Shown one piece after another: positions 62,545 through 63,535 of a stretch of 63,535 nucleotides of DNA; within the stretch, counting starts at the first letter, position 1, and the number at the start of each line of letters is the position of its first letter. Where the stretch lies: assembly GCF_004010195.1 (NCBI RefSeq), contig NC_057749.1, positions 26,397,056 to 26,460,590 on the forward strand. The letters run 5' to 3'. The notes under the pieces were generated by a model. That model was given only the letters and a program-made list of their open reading frames with translations. It was not told where the DNA came from and did no database searches. The DNA is from Chiloscyllium plagiosum. Taxonomy: Eukaryota. Made by a program: the position numbers and the translations under genes.

Positions 62545-63535
62545 GTCTATAGGTATGTCAGGAAGAAAAGAATGACCAGATTAACATTAGGGCCAATCAA
62601 GGATAGTTGTGGGAAGTTGTGCGTGGAGTCAGGAAATGGAAGAAGCGCTAAATGAATTTTTTTTGTCAGTATTCACACTAGAAAAAGAGAATCTTGTCAA
62701 GGAGAATACAGAGATACAGGCCACTAGTCTAGAAGGGACTGAAATTCACAAGGAGGAGGTGTTAGCAATTCTGGAAAGTGTGAAAATAGCTAAGTCCCCA
62801 GGGTCAGATGGGATTTATCCTAGGATTCTCTGGGAAGCCAGAGAGGAGATTGCCGAGCCTTTGGCTTTGAACTTTGTCATCATTGTCTACAGAAATAGTG
62901 CCAGAAGACTGGAGGATAGCAAATATTGCTCCCCTATTGAAGAAGAGGAGTAGAGACAACCCTGGTAATTACAGACCAGTGAGCCTTACTTCGGGTAAAG
63001 TGTTGGAAAAAGTTATCAGAGGATTTATATTCATCTAGAAAGGAATAATTTGATTAGGGATAGTCAACACGGTTTTGTGAAGGATAGGTCGTGCCTCACA
63101 AATTTTGAGTTCTTTGAGAAGGTAACCAAACAGGTAGGGGAGGGTAAAGTGGATGATGTTGTGTATATGGATTTCGGTAAAATGTTTGACATGACTCCCC
63201 AAGGTAAGCCATTACAGAAAATATGGAGACATGGGATTGAGGGTGATTTAGTGGTTTGGATCAGAAATTGGCTAGCTGAAAGAAGACAGAGGGTGATAGT
63301 TGATGGGAAATTTTCATCCTGGAATTCAGTTACGAGTGGTACACCACAAGGATCTGTTTTGGGGCCACTGCTATTTGTCATTTTTATAACTGACCTGGAA
63401 GAGAGCGTAAAAGGATGGGTCTGTAAATTTGCAGATGACACTAAGGTTGGTGGAGTTGTGGATAGTGCCGAAGGATGTTGTAGGTTACAGAGGGTCATAG
63501 ATAAGCTGCAGAGCTGGACTGAGAGGTGGCAAATG
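62545..63535 (+). mobile_element. CR1 RT fragment running off the window end
   Basis: [43 protein letters not shown]. Confidence 0.92.

Overview
Vertebrate genomic DNA, most likely from an elasmobranch (shark/ray), inferred from HE1-type tRNA-derived SINEs and CR1/HER1-type LINEs. Most of the window is decayed, often nested transposons: CR1, L2/CR1-like, Rex1/Babar, Tx1, two Penelope families, Gypsy, two solo LTRs with clean target-site duplications (TSDs) and a Harbinger remnant. There is one 838-nt assembly gap. On the minus strand, almost absent from the ORF track, are 13 internal GT-AG exons (62245->5295, 1438 nt, ~479 aa, all phases compatible, no stops). They encode a Pro-rich region, a Sec23/24-type C4 zinc finger, a vWA domain with an intact MIDAS motif and a beta-rich region. 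This matches the poorly characterised 'circularly permutated Ras protein 1-like' family; no Ras domain is visible in this window, and the gene runs off both ends. The introns also carry more than a dozen short, often palindromic Penelope-derived elements, several with minimal hammerhead-ribozyme cores and 12-16 bp TSDs. Family names come from motif recognition only, with no database search; TE boundaries are approximate unless a TSD is quoted.
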